DNA of 64,000 bases from Terracidiphilus sp. (lineage in GTDB: Bacteria > Acidobacteriota > Terriglobia > Terriglobales > Acidobacteriaceae), in assembly GCA_049513195.1 (NCBI GenBank), contig JBEKWJ010000028.1, forward strand, positions 31,600 to 95,599, read 5' to 3'. Position numbers and translations under genes: made by a program. A model generated the notes under the pieces. The model saw only the letters and a list, made by a program, of their open reading frames with translations. It made no database searches and was not told the DNA's origin. Each line of letters begins with the position of its first letter. The first letter of the stretch is position 1. Positions 9,255 to 17,943 of the stretch are shown one piece after another.

Positions 9255-12200
9255 TCAAGTGGCAATGGCTACGCGCGGAATCTCCAGGCGCACGCAGGTT
9301 CCCTGATGGGGTCTGCTGTCAATTTCAAACTTGCCTTCAAAGCGGTGAATCCGTTCCTGCATTCCGCGCAGACCGAAATGTCCCTCCGAAAAGGCCTCGG
9401 TGGCGTCGAAGCCCTCGCCGTCGTCTTTGATGGCCAGTGAAAGCGACCCATCGGCGAAGCTGAGATTCACTTCCACTCGCTTGGCGTGCCCATGCAGGAT
9501 TGCGTTGAAGACGGCTTCCCGGGACACCATCATCAATTCATGGGCGGCCGGCAGGCTGAGCGCGAAGGGTCTTCCAGTGAGTCGATAAATCATCTCCACA
9601 TCATGTTCGCGGCCGATCCGTTCGGACATGCGTCGCAGCGCGGTTTCCAGATCGACGATGGCGCCTTCTTCACCGCGCAGGTTCCATACCGCCTGGCGCG
9701 CTTCGTCAACGGTCGAGCGGATTTGCGTTGCGGCATAGTCGATCAGATGGAGCCTGGACTCGTTATCGTCTACCTCCCGGCTCGAAGCTGCTTCGAGCAG
9801 CGCGGAGATACTCACGCAGCCCTGAATGAGCGTGTCGTGCATTTCGCGCGCCAGCCGCGTTCGCTCCGCCAGGACTGCTTTGAAGCGGTCATGGATATGC
9901 TTCATTCGTGCCTGATAGGCAAGAATGGAGAGCAGTGCAATGGTCAGCGCGCAGAGGGCAATGAACCACGGTGTGCGGTAGAAATACGGCCGCTTGGTGA
10001 AACCGATGGACGCGCGGGCGGCGTGGCCGGGCTGATCGGTCTCCCAGGCTTCGACAACAAACTTGTATTGGCCGGCCGGGAGGTTGGTATAGGTTGCAAG
10101 CCGCTGTTGTGCGTTTGCGTAAGTCCAGTTGCGGTCATACCCGACGAGCCGATAGCGAAAACGAAGTCCTTCCTGCGAGCCCAGCAACACCGGCTCATAG
10201 GCAATCTCCTCGCGACCCGCGCCAGCGTCCAGATTCAGATTTCCAGAAAGTTGAGCGGGGCGTCCATCCACCGTGACCGCATCGATGTTCAAACTGGAAA
10301 AAAACGGATGCTCCAATTCATCCGGACGAATGCTCCATAGCCCCTGGCTGGTGGGAAACCAGGCTTCCCCAGACCGTGTAATCGCGCCGGCGGGCTGCGT
10401 TCCCCCGTAGAACTGCGCCGGCTTGCCACCCTCATTGGCTCTGAATATCCGCAGAGAAAGAAGCTGCTCCTTGTCGCTGACTTGAGCATCCAGTTCGGCG
10501 CGATTGAGCAGCATCACGCCCGAAGGACCGCTAAACCAGAAATGTCCCAGCTTGTCTTCGAGAATGGAATAGATACTGTCGCTGGCCAGCCCGTTGGCCG
10601 TGGTGTAGTGGGATAACTGCCCATTGCGATAGCGATAGAGTCCGTGGGCGCGCGTGCCAATCCAAATTCCGCCATCCACGTCCTGATGAAGGGCCCACAC
10701 CTTTTCTTCGCCGAGCGCCGCGGTCATCGCATTGTGAACGAATTCGCCGCCTCTGTATTGGCTCAGACCGTGCTCGGTGCCGATCCAAATTGTTCCATCC
10801 CGATCTTCCAAGAGCGAGCGGATGCTGTTGTAAGCCAGCCCATTTTGTCCGGTAAAGTTATGGAAGCCGCTTCGATCGAGATGACTCACGCCATTATCGG
10901 TTCCTATCCACAAACTGCCATCTCTCGATTCGAGAAAGACGCGCACGAAGTTATTCACCAGTCCCTCGCGCGTGGTGAAATGCTGGGTTCCTTTGGCGGG
11001 AATGTGAAAGATGCCACTGCCATCCGTTCCAATCCAAAGCGACCCGTCGCGGCTGCGCAGCACATTCCGTACTCGCACGTCCGCCAGACCCGGGAACTTG
11101 AATGGAGCGGCATGACCGCCCTGCACATGCACTAACTGGTTTGAAGCGGCCCACAGCGAACCGTCCGTATCCAGAGCCACGGTGCCGAAATCCGAGTCGG
11201 CGGATGCGGGCAGGTCGACCACGCGCACCGGCGTTCGGCTCAGGCGCATCATGCCAGCCTGCGTGCCGATCCACAAGTTTCTTTCTGAATCGACGAGAAT
11301 GGAAAGCACGGTGTTGCTGACCAGTGGCGACGGAGCTTTCAAGCGCGTCACGCGATCTTCGCGAATTCTGAAAATCCCCTCGCCGATTGAACCCGCCCAT
11401 AACTCGCCGTTGGGCGCCTGGCTCAGGGAGCGAATGGTGCCGAAGACTCCGGGCAATGGCTCGAAGCGGTTCGCTCCAGGCTGCAGGCGGTAGAGTCCGC
11501 CAACCGTCCCCACCCAGACCACGCCGTCGGGAGTCTCTAAAAATGATTTCACTTTGTTGCGGCTGTCATTCTCGGGAAGCGAATACTCGTGAGCGACGCC
11601 ATTTTTCAATGCATACATGCGCGAGCCGCCCACCCAGATGCGACCGGTATGATCTTCCATCACAGCATGTACGTTGAAGATGGGCAAGCCAAGCGGTTTG
11701 TCTGCCCGCTCCAGGTGGTCGTTCTTGGCCCAGAACAAGCCGTCGTCAGTGGCAACCCACAGCAAGCCGTTATGGTCTTCCGCCAAGGCCCGCACAAAGT
11801 TGGCGGTCTGGCCTGTGGCCGCGGGATAGGCATGAAAGACGCCGTGTTGCGCCTCGATCAGACCGCTGCCATCGGTGCCAATCCACAGGCGGCCATCGCG
11901 CGCGGCCAGCAGGCAAAAAACACTATTTTCTCCGAAGGCGGGTGTGTTTTCGTGAGCAAACAAACGAAAACGCGCTCCGTCAAACCGCAAGAGGCCGCCG
12001 CTGGTGCCGACCCAGAGATAGCCGTCGGAGGTCTGCGCGAAAGACTGTACTGTTTCCTCCGGCAAGCCGTCTTGCGATTGCCAGGATCGGGTGGTGTAAT
12101 TCCACTCCTCGCTGCCCGCCGTGATTGTTTCAACGGCAGATTGCTGAGCCTGCGCGCTCGGAGCAATCGGCGCGAGCATTCCGACGACCGTCAGCAGAAG

Positions 12201-12332
12201 GCCAGCCAGCAGCCGGGCAGGGGATGGATTGCTTCGTGCCCATAAAGGAGAGCAAAACGAATTTGAGACGACGTTCAGAAAATAGCCCCCACGCAACGAT
12301 GGCTCGACGAACAACAATGCTTCTCTGATCAT
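9255..12332 (-). CDS. Sensor histidine kinase with beta-propeller (Reg_prop repeats)/Y_Y_Y periplasmic domain and HisKA_3 core
   Basis: Many DGxLWIGT/GL repeats, YTNLPAGQYKF (Y_Y_Y), TM helix, ERTRLAREMHDTL, DDGEGF, GHFGLRGMQER. Confidence 0.9.
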   Translation of the reverse strand: MIREALLFVEPSLRGGYFLNVVSNSFCSPLWARSNPSPARLLAGLLLTVVGMLAPIAPSAQAQQSAVETITAGSEEWNYTTRSWQSQDGLPEETVQSFAQTSDGYLWVGTSGGLLRFDGARFRLFAHENTPAFGENSVFCLLAARDGRLWIGTDGSGLIEAQHGVFHAYPAATGQTANFVRALAEDHNGLLWVATDDGLFWAKNDHLERADKPLGLPIFNVHAVMEDHTGRIWVGGSRMYALKNGVAHEYSLPENDSRNKVKSFLETPDGVVWVGTVGGLYRLQPGANRFEPLPGVFGTIRSLSQAPNGELWAGSIGEGIFRIREDRVTRLKAPSPLVSNTVLSILVDSERNLWIGTQAGMMRLSRTPVRVVDLPASADSDFGTVALDTDGSLWAASNQLVHVQGGHAAPFKFPGLADVRVRNVLRSRDGSLWIGTDGSGIFHIPAKGTQHFTTREGLVNNFVRVFLESRDGSLWIGTDNGVSHLDRSGFHNFTGQNGLAYNSIRSLLEDRDGTIWIGTEHGLSQYRGGEFVHNAMTAALGEEKVWALHQDVDGGIWIGTRAHGLYRYRNGQLSHYTTANGLASDSIYSILEDKLGHFWFSGPSGVMLLNRAELDAQVSDKEQLLSLRIFRANEGGKPAQFYGGTQPAGAITRSGEAWFPTSQGLWSIRPDELEHPFFSSLNIDAVTVDGRPAQLSGNLNLDAGAGREEIAYEPVLLGSQEGLRFRYRLVGYDRNWTYANAQQRLATYTNLPAGQYKFVVEAWETDQPGHAARASIGFTKRPYFYRTPWFIALCALTIALLSILAYQARMKHIHDRFKAVLAERTRLAREMHDTLIQGCVSISALLEAASSREVDDNESRLHLIDYAATQIRSTVDEARQAVWNLRGEEGAIVDLETALRRMSERIGREHDVEMIYRLTGRPFALSLPAAHELMMVSREAVFNAILHGHAKRVEVNLSFADGSLSLAIKDDGEGFDATEAFSEGHFGLRGMQERIHRFEGKFEIDSRPHQGTCVRLEIPRVAIAT

Positions 12333-12402
12333 TCTCGCGCACTGCGCCGAGGAAGGATCGGCTTTCTATGTTTCGAAGGGTAACGATAGGGTAGCGAGAC
12401 GT

Positions 12403-12436
12403 AAAAAGGCCCGGACGACTCTCATCGTCCGGGCCT
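12403..12436 (-). terminator. Rho-independent terminator of the TonB receptor gene
   Basis: AGGCCCGGACGA-N6-TCGTCCGGGCCT stem followed by a T5 tract on the minus strand. Confidence 0.8.
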
Positions 12437-12448
12437 CCTCTTGCATGG

Positions 12449-15400
12449 TTAGAAGGTGAGCTTGAGAGCGCCCTGCATCACGCGTGCCGGAATGTTTCCG
12501 GTTTGCACGATATCGCCGAAGCCACCCCAACCTACATCCGCTCCCCAGGGAGCAGCGGGATTGGCGAAGCTGGGATGATTGGTGGCATTGAAAGCCTCCC
12601 AGCGGAACTGCAGATTGGTACTTCCCACCAAGCTCCAGGTCTTCATGATTGCGGCGTCCACACCAAACTCACGCGGCCCATACATGAGATTCTTTGGGGT
12701 GTTGCCGAAGGTTCCGGCGGCATTGTTCTGGAAGGCAGCCTGGTTGAAATATCCGGTTTTCACCCAATCCCAATGAGATCCCTTGCCGGCATTGATAGCT
12801 TGGCCGGGCACAAAATCTGCGCGATCGCCCTTCTGCAGGGAGCCGGAATCGTCATTGTTGTAAGTGGGGCCAGCCGCATTGATGGTGAAAGGATTGCCGG
12901 TCTGGAAAGTGATAATACTACTCAGTTCCCATCCTCCGACTGTCTCCTGGACCAGCTTGCTCTTCGACTTCAAGCTGGGCGACTGATAGATGAAGTTGGT
13001 GACCCAATTCCAAGGCATGCTGAGCGTAGAATTACCGCGATTCCACCGCAGGTCGAAAGGATCTCCGAGGTAAGGAGAACCAAAGGTGACATTGCCGGAA
13101 CTGGCCGTGTCAATGGACTTCGACCATGTGAAGTTCGATTGGACCTGCAAGCCGTGCGACATATGACGCTCAAATCCAGCCTGCAAAGAGTTGTAACTTG
13201 CAGTGCCGTTGCTGACAGCTTGGAGTATCTGCGCGTAGTTAGAGAACGGGCGCACATCCTTGGTCGCGGCATTCTGGTCGATGGCATCGGTCTGGTGATA
13301 AGACTCGCTGCCCACGTACGCCAGCCTGGCGACCATCGATGGGCTGAGCTGTTGCTCCACCGACAGGTTCCAGCTCTGTGTCATGCCCATTTTAAAGTCG
13401 CGGGAGAATGACTGGAGCAGAGAGACCGGCGTTGCAAACTTCGAGCTGCTCGCCGGCTTGTAAGATACAGAGGTGAACGGGGGGAACGGACTTACGCCCC
13501 CCGTACCCGCGAAGGTAGACCAGGGATTGTCGAAGCTCATCTGGCCGGTGATCGCTTGGTCGCCATTTGTCGCGGCTCCTGATATGCAACCGCCAGTACA
13601 AGTCGCGTTGCCTCCATTGATGTTGAAGGTCGGACTGAAAGGCGCAATATCGGCCGAGTGATTGTAGTAAGAGTACTGCAGCGGACCGGTAAACAAACCG
13701 ATTCCTGCATGAACCACGGTTTTGGGTAGATTCTTCGGCTGCCATACCATGCCCACGCGCGGCTCCCAGTAGCCGTAAGAGGCGGGCATCAAGGTAGATG
13801 TAATTCCCTTGTCTCCAGGGAAAATGAGTCCTACGGGCGCATTGGGGAACATTGTGCTCTGTTGACCGGCGACGAATGCCGCGCCACGTCCGCCCGCCGA
13901 GGTTGGAGGGGTGTTCGGATCCCAGCGCAGACCGAGGTTGAAGGTCAGGTTTGGACGCGCCTTCCAGTCATCCTGGAAGTATGGACCGAACTGCCATCCG
14001 GTCACATCCGCGATCTCGCCGCCACCCTGCTCATACGAACTCATATAACCGAGCAGGAAGTCCGCCAGGCCGTTGCCGGTGTATTGTCCATTGAAGCCAA
14101 CAATGGGCGTGGTGGGGTATTGCGTGAATTCCTCGGCGAACTGATGCATCAGATTGACGCCCGCCGAAAGGGTGTGCCGCTTAACGGTCTTGTTGAGGGT
14201 GTCGGTAAAGCCGTAGGTGTTGCGCACTTCCTGCGACGGTTCGGTCCAGCCGCCGTTGAAGCCGCCATTGCTTACGGTAAAGCCTTCCATGTAGCACTGT
14301 CCCGGCAACTCGTTGACGTTGATATAGCGGGATAGGCACATGGCCTTGTTATTGCTGTCCAACACCGCAGCTGAATTGTGCGCGCTCATCTCAGTCCAGA
14401 AGACGGAGAATGTATTGACCGTCGTCTGGTTGATCGTCCATGTATGCGATAGGACGTCGTTGAAATAATACATGCGCTGGCCAAAGTTATACGTCCAGTT
14501 GCCCACATCGTTGATGACGGAGAGCATATCGCCCGGAGTGTCGCCGGATGGTGCAGTCATCTCGTCGGTAAAAGAGCGTAGAGTCACACGCTGCGATGGG
14601 GAGAGATCATAGTCGAGTTTGGCAGTGTACTCATTGAAGGTATTCCTGACGGCGGCTTCTGTGTAATGCATTGCGCCATTGGCTGCCTGGGTGACGCCGG
14701 CGGTATGGCCCGGTAGTCCGGTAGTGGCAATGGTCCAGGCTGCGGTGTTAAGCCCGTTTGCATTGAAAATGCCTGTTCCCACTTTGGTCTTATCCACTTG
14801 GTTGGGAATTCCCCCGACGGTCATGAACGGCCCTGTGAGCCATCCGCAACCAGGGGCGTGATAGGCCCAATAAGTCGGACTCGTGCAGCCGGGCGTGGAA
14901 GCGTTAGCCGCAGTCACCAATCCGCTGAAGTCACCAGTAAGCATGGCGGCGGTGGGTGTATTGGTCGCAAGGTCGGTTGATGCGGTCATTTGCTTGGTTC
15001 CCTGGTAGTTGCCAAAGAAGAAGAGCTTGTCTTTGATGACCGGGCCACCAATATATGCGCCAAACTGGTTGCGCTTCAGAGGATCGACGGAAGTGCTGAA
15101 CCAGTCCTTGGCGTTTAGATCGCTGTTGCGGACAAACCAGAAGGCTCCGCCGTGGAATTGGTTGGTGCCGGACTTGGTGGCGATGATGACCACCGCACCA
15201 GGAGAGAATCCATATGCGGCGCTGAAGTTGTTGGTGATGACCTTGAACTCCTGGGTCGAGTCGGAATTCGGAAAGGGCGAGGTGAGGGCATCATAGTTAT
15301 CCATATTGGAGACGCCGTCGAGCATATAGAAGGTGCTGCCCTGGCGTCCGCCGCTAGAGGCTGCGCCGGTTTCTGTCGAGAAGGAGAATCCTGCCTGAAT

Positions 15401-15940
15401 TCCCTCACCGCCATGCGACTTGACGTCAACCGTGCCCGGAACCAGGAAGACCAGTGAAGACGGATCGCGGCCGTTCAACGGCAACTCCGCAATGGCGGCT
15501 TCGCCGACAGTAGTTCCCAACTCGGCTGAGGAGGTGTTGATCAGCTCGGCATCAGCCGTTACGGAGATCGTCTCCGACTTGCCCGCGCCTATCTTGAGGC
15601 GTACATCCTGTGTCGCGGCAAGGCCTACCGTCAGAGCGATGCCTTTCTGCAGATAGCCGTCAAAGCCGACTGCGGAGATGGCGAGTGTGTACTTGCCGAT
15701 CGGCAAAGGCCGAATCAGATAAATTCCTACGCTATCCGTTTTCGCGGTTTGCGCTAAATTGGTGTCGATGTTGGTGACGGTGACCGTTGCTCCGGCCACG
15801 GCGGCTCCAGATGGATCGGTGACCTGCCCCGTCAAGCTGGCGCTGGTGCCTTGCCCATGGGCAAGAATGCCTGATCCAATAAGACCGGCGACGATTACGA
15901 GCAGCAGAGCTCGTAGATATTTCGCGTGAAAACAATTCAC
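12449..15940 (-). CDS. Oar-like TonB-dependent receptor with carboxypeptidase-regulatory-like N-domain
   Basis: GQVTDPSGAAVAGATVTV, LPLNGRD, QEFKVITNNFSAAYG, YFQDDWK..NLTFNLGLRWD, C-terminal ARVMQGALKLTF. Confidence 0.9.
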   Translation of the reverse strand: MNCFHAKYLRALLLVIVAGLIGSGILAHGQGTSASLTGQVTDPSGAAVAGATVTVTNIDTNLAQTAKTDSVGIYLIRPLPIGKYTLAISAVGFDGYLQKGIALTVGLAATQDVRLKIGAGKSETISVTADAELINTSSAELGTTVGEAAIAELPLNGRDPSSLVFLVPGTVDVKSHGGEGIQAGFSFSTETGAASSGGRQGSTFYMLDGVSNMDNYDALTSPFPNSDSTQEFKVITNNFSAAYGFSPGAVVIIATKSGTNQFHGGAFWFVRNSDLNAKDWFSTSVDPLKRNQFGAYIGGPVIKDKLFFFGNYQGTKQMTASTDLATNTPTAAMLTGDFSGLVTAANASTPGCTSPTYWAYHAPGCGWLTGPFMTVGGIPNQVDKTKVGTGIFNANGLNTAAWTIATTGLPGHTAGVTQAANGAMHYTEAAVRNTFNEYTAKLDYDLSPSQRVTLRSFTDEMTAPSGDTPGDMLSVINDVGNWTYNFGQRMYYFNDVLSHTWTINQTTVNTFSVFWTEMSAHNSAAVLDSNNKAMCLSRYINVNELPGQCYMEGFTVSNGGFNGGWTEPSQEVRNTYGFTDTLNKTVKRHTLSAGVNLMHQFAEEFTQYPTTPIVGFNGQYTGNGLADFLLGYMSSYEQGGGEIADVTGWQFGPYFQDDWKARPNLTFNLGLRWDPNTPPTSAGGRGAAFVAGQQSTMFPNAPVGLIFPGDKGITSTLMPASYGYWEPRVGMVWQPKNLPKTVVHAGIGLFTGPLQYSYYNHSADIAPFSPTFNINGGNATCTGGCISGAATNGDQAITGQMSFDNPWSTFAGTGGVSPFPPFTSVSYKPASSSKFATPVSLLQSFSRDFKMGMTQSWNLSVEQQLSPSMVARLAYVGSESYHQTDAIDQNAATKDVRPFSNYAQILQAVSNGTASYNSLQAGFERHMSHGLQVQSNFTWSKSIDTASSGNVTFGSPYLGDPFDLRWNRGNSTLSMPWNWVTNFIYQSPSLKSKSKLVQETVGGWELSSIITFQTGNPFTINAAGPTYNNDDSGSLQKGDRADFVPGQAINAGKGSHWDWVKTGYFNQAAFQNNAAGTFGNTPKNLMYGPREFGVDAAIMKTWSLVGSTNLQFRWEAFNATNHPSFANPAAPWGADVGWGGFGDIVQTGNIPARVMQGALKLTF

Positions 15941-16304
15941 AAACTGCCTCCCTGTGAGTGAGTTAAGCCGAACGCCCAGAGCGATTTGGCGCTGAGATGA
16001 AACCGTTTTTCATTGAGTCGCGCCCGCCCCGGTGCGCTTCTCAGAAGGCCACACACACTTTCGGGCCATCCCGTAAGAGCTGTTCAATGGTGCCTGCTGA
16101 GTTAAGAGGAACGTTACACCCCCGCAAGAAGGCCGTGCATCTGCCAAAAGTAGGATTCACTTTTCTTTTTCACCGTGCGGGAAGAGAAACCAGATTGGAA
16201 CCGCAAATGTTTTTATATTCTGTAGTTTCCGCCATCATGGCAGGAGCAGATCGCCGCCTGCGCCGCATTTCCCGACTCCGGCAATTGTCCGGAGTCACGT
16301 GATC

Positions 16305-16334
16305 TTGGCCAGGTAGGCCGTTTCCGGGTATAAT
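16305..16334 (+). promoter_or_regulatory. sigma70-type promoter for rpmB
   Basis: TTGGCC (16305-16310), 18-bp spacer, perfect TATAAT (16329-16334). Confidence 0.6.
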
Positions 16335-16341
16335 GGAGATT

Positions 16342-16444
16342 CGGCAAGCCGCCGGAGTCGTGTGTCTACATATACTCCGTTGGCCGCCCCGTTGGACAGA
16401 CCCGGATGGAGTGCGTTTTTAACGCGTTCGGAGACGGCTTGTCG
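16342..16444 (+). ncRNA. Candidate structured 5' leader of rpmB
   Basis: CGGCAAGCCG (16342-16351) pairs with CGGCTTGTCG (16435-16444) and encloses two internal hairpins. Confidence 0.4.
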
Positions 16445-16479
16445 CGGTGGCGCGAAAGAATGAAGTCTGGAGCAAAGTC

Positions 16480-16668
16480 ATGGCACAGGTATGCGACATC
16501 TGCGGGAAAGGTCCGCAGTTCGGCAACAACATCTCTCACGCCCACAACGTCACGCGACGCCGCTGGAGCGTTAATTTACAGGCAGTGAAAGCGCTGGTCA
16601 ATGGTCACGCCAAGCGGATCAGGGTATGCACCGGTTGTATCAAGGACGGCAAGGTCGCCAAGGCGTAA
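16480..16668 (+). CDS. rpmB: 50S ribosomal protein L28 (zinc-ribbon C+ form)
   Basis: [34 protein letters not shown]...RVCTGCIK. Confidence 0.95.
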   Translation: MAQVCDICGKGPQFGNNISHAHNVTRRRWSVNLQAVKALVNGHAKRIRVCTGCIKDGKVAKA

Positions 16669-16700
16669 AGCCGGCAAACGCAGAAAATCAAGATTGACGC

Positions 16701-16732
16701 AAAACCCCGTCCAGGCTGGACGGGGTTTTGTT
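16701..16732 (+). terminator. Intrinsic (probably bidirectional) terminator after rpmB
   Basis: AAAACCCCGTCCA-GGC-TGGACGGGGTTTT. Confidence 0.85.
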
Positions 16733-16895
16733 GTGCCCGTTTGGTCGGGGCAAATATGAACACCGAACTGGAACACCCAATCTTGTAACGCAATGAAGTT
16801 TTGCGTGGGATCACTCTGGCTGCGGTGAATAATGCCCTTGCCAAGGTGGCATGATCCCCTGCAAGAGTACATTTCTACAGATCGTGCATGGTCTC

Positions 16896-16985
16896 GGTGC
16901 CCCACCCTCGCCGCTGTCATTCTGAGCGAAGCGCAGCGGAGTCGAAGAACCTGCTTCGTGCAACTTTGCGGCGAGGGTTGGATAG
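16896..16985 (+). repeat. GTGCCCC-footed REP-like palindrome with a second repeat in its loop
   Basis: GGTGCCCCACCCTCGCCGC ... GCGGCGAGGGTTGGA arms enclose TGTCATTCTGAGCGAAGCGCAGCGGAGTCGAAGAACCTG. Confidence 0.7.
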
Positions 16986-17020
16986 CGGGATGCCGACTCC
17001 AAGGGAAGGCCAGGGATGAA

Positions 17021-17662
17021 CTAATCGCTCTTCCCGGAGTTTGAGCTCGTCTCAGCAGGCAAGTCCAGCGCTACCAGGGCAAACCGGGTCCGGCCACCGC
17101 TGGGACTGTCAAAGCCCACAACGTGCTGGTGCCGCTTTGACCCGGCCTTCAGCTGAAGGCCATTCTTGCTGGAATCATAACCATAGACATATCCGCCCTC
17201 GTTAAGCTGCACCTTGGAGTGACTGTCGTCGTTGCAGGTGAGCCCCTCGTGCGTAGTAGTTGGAAGACCCACCGGAGAATTTCCCTGACAGGTAACTACG
17301 TCTCCATAGCGGCCCAGAGCCTTTTTGTAAAAGGCCGTCACTTGCTCAGGAGAGTCCGGGGTTTGATAGGTAACCGCCTTCACGCGCAGCTGCCAATCGC
17401 CAAAGCCCACATGTACATCCGCAGACTTGTGCTTGTCGTCGCCCCGCACGAGCTCGGCGCCCGGATACACCGGCAAGCCAAGGTCTGCCGCCGTGGTCTG
17501 ATCGGCATTCACATGCACGCCGCCGAATGGCGTATCCACCTGGACATTCTTGTCCTCGCCGTTGGTGTCCTTATCCACATGGACCCGGCATCCGGCCATC
17601 GCAGCAGCCAACGCCAGGCCCACAAACAAAGTCGCCACACTCCGCATTCTTGTGGAATTCAT
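17021..17662 (-). CDS. Hypothetical lipoprotein
   Basis: Signal peptide ending AMAGC (lipobox-like); VQVDTPFGGVHV and GLPVYPGA motifs. Confidence 0.65.
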   Translation of the reverse strand: MNSTRMRSVATLFVGLALAAAMAGCRVHVDKDTNGEDKNVQVDTPFGGVHVNADQTTAADLGLPVYPGAELVRGDDKHKSADVHVGFGDWQLRVKAVTYQTPDSPEQVTAFYKKALGRYGDVVTCQGNSPVGLPTTTHEGLTCNDDSHSKVQLNEGGYVYGYDSSKNGLQLKAGSKRHQHVVGFDSPSGGRTRFALVALDLPAETSSNSGKSD

Positions 17663-17943
17663 GGGGTCAATTGCCCTCCAGTCCCGTTATACGCCTGCGT
17701 CAAGAGAAAGGTTCCTTGAATCGCAACGCCTGGGTCACGTCTTAATTACGACTTTTCCGGCTAAACAGGGTTAATATTCAGCATGATGGGTCTTGTACCC
17801 CGCAAGGCCGCGGCGGTTTGCACCAGTGGCGAATCGCGAACCTTACCAGGAACGCGCCGGATGAATCCGCCTCCCTTCAGCAATCGGATTCGCCTGGACG
17901 AAAAACTCAAGCATGGTACGACATGGTACGAAAGGATAACTCA

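Noticed and set aside
15959-16106. TGAGTTAAG repeated twice upstream of the TonB receptor
   Set aside because: Two 9-mers 139 bp apart are too weak to call a regulator site without comparative data.
17571-17579. Perfect DnaA box TTATCCACA
   Set aside because: Single copy inside a coding sequence, far from dnaA; likely chance.
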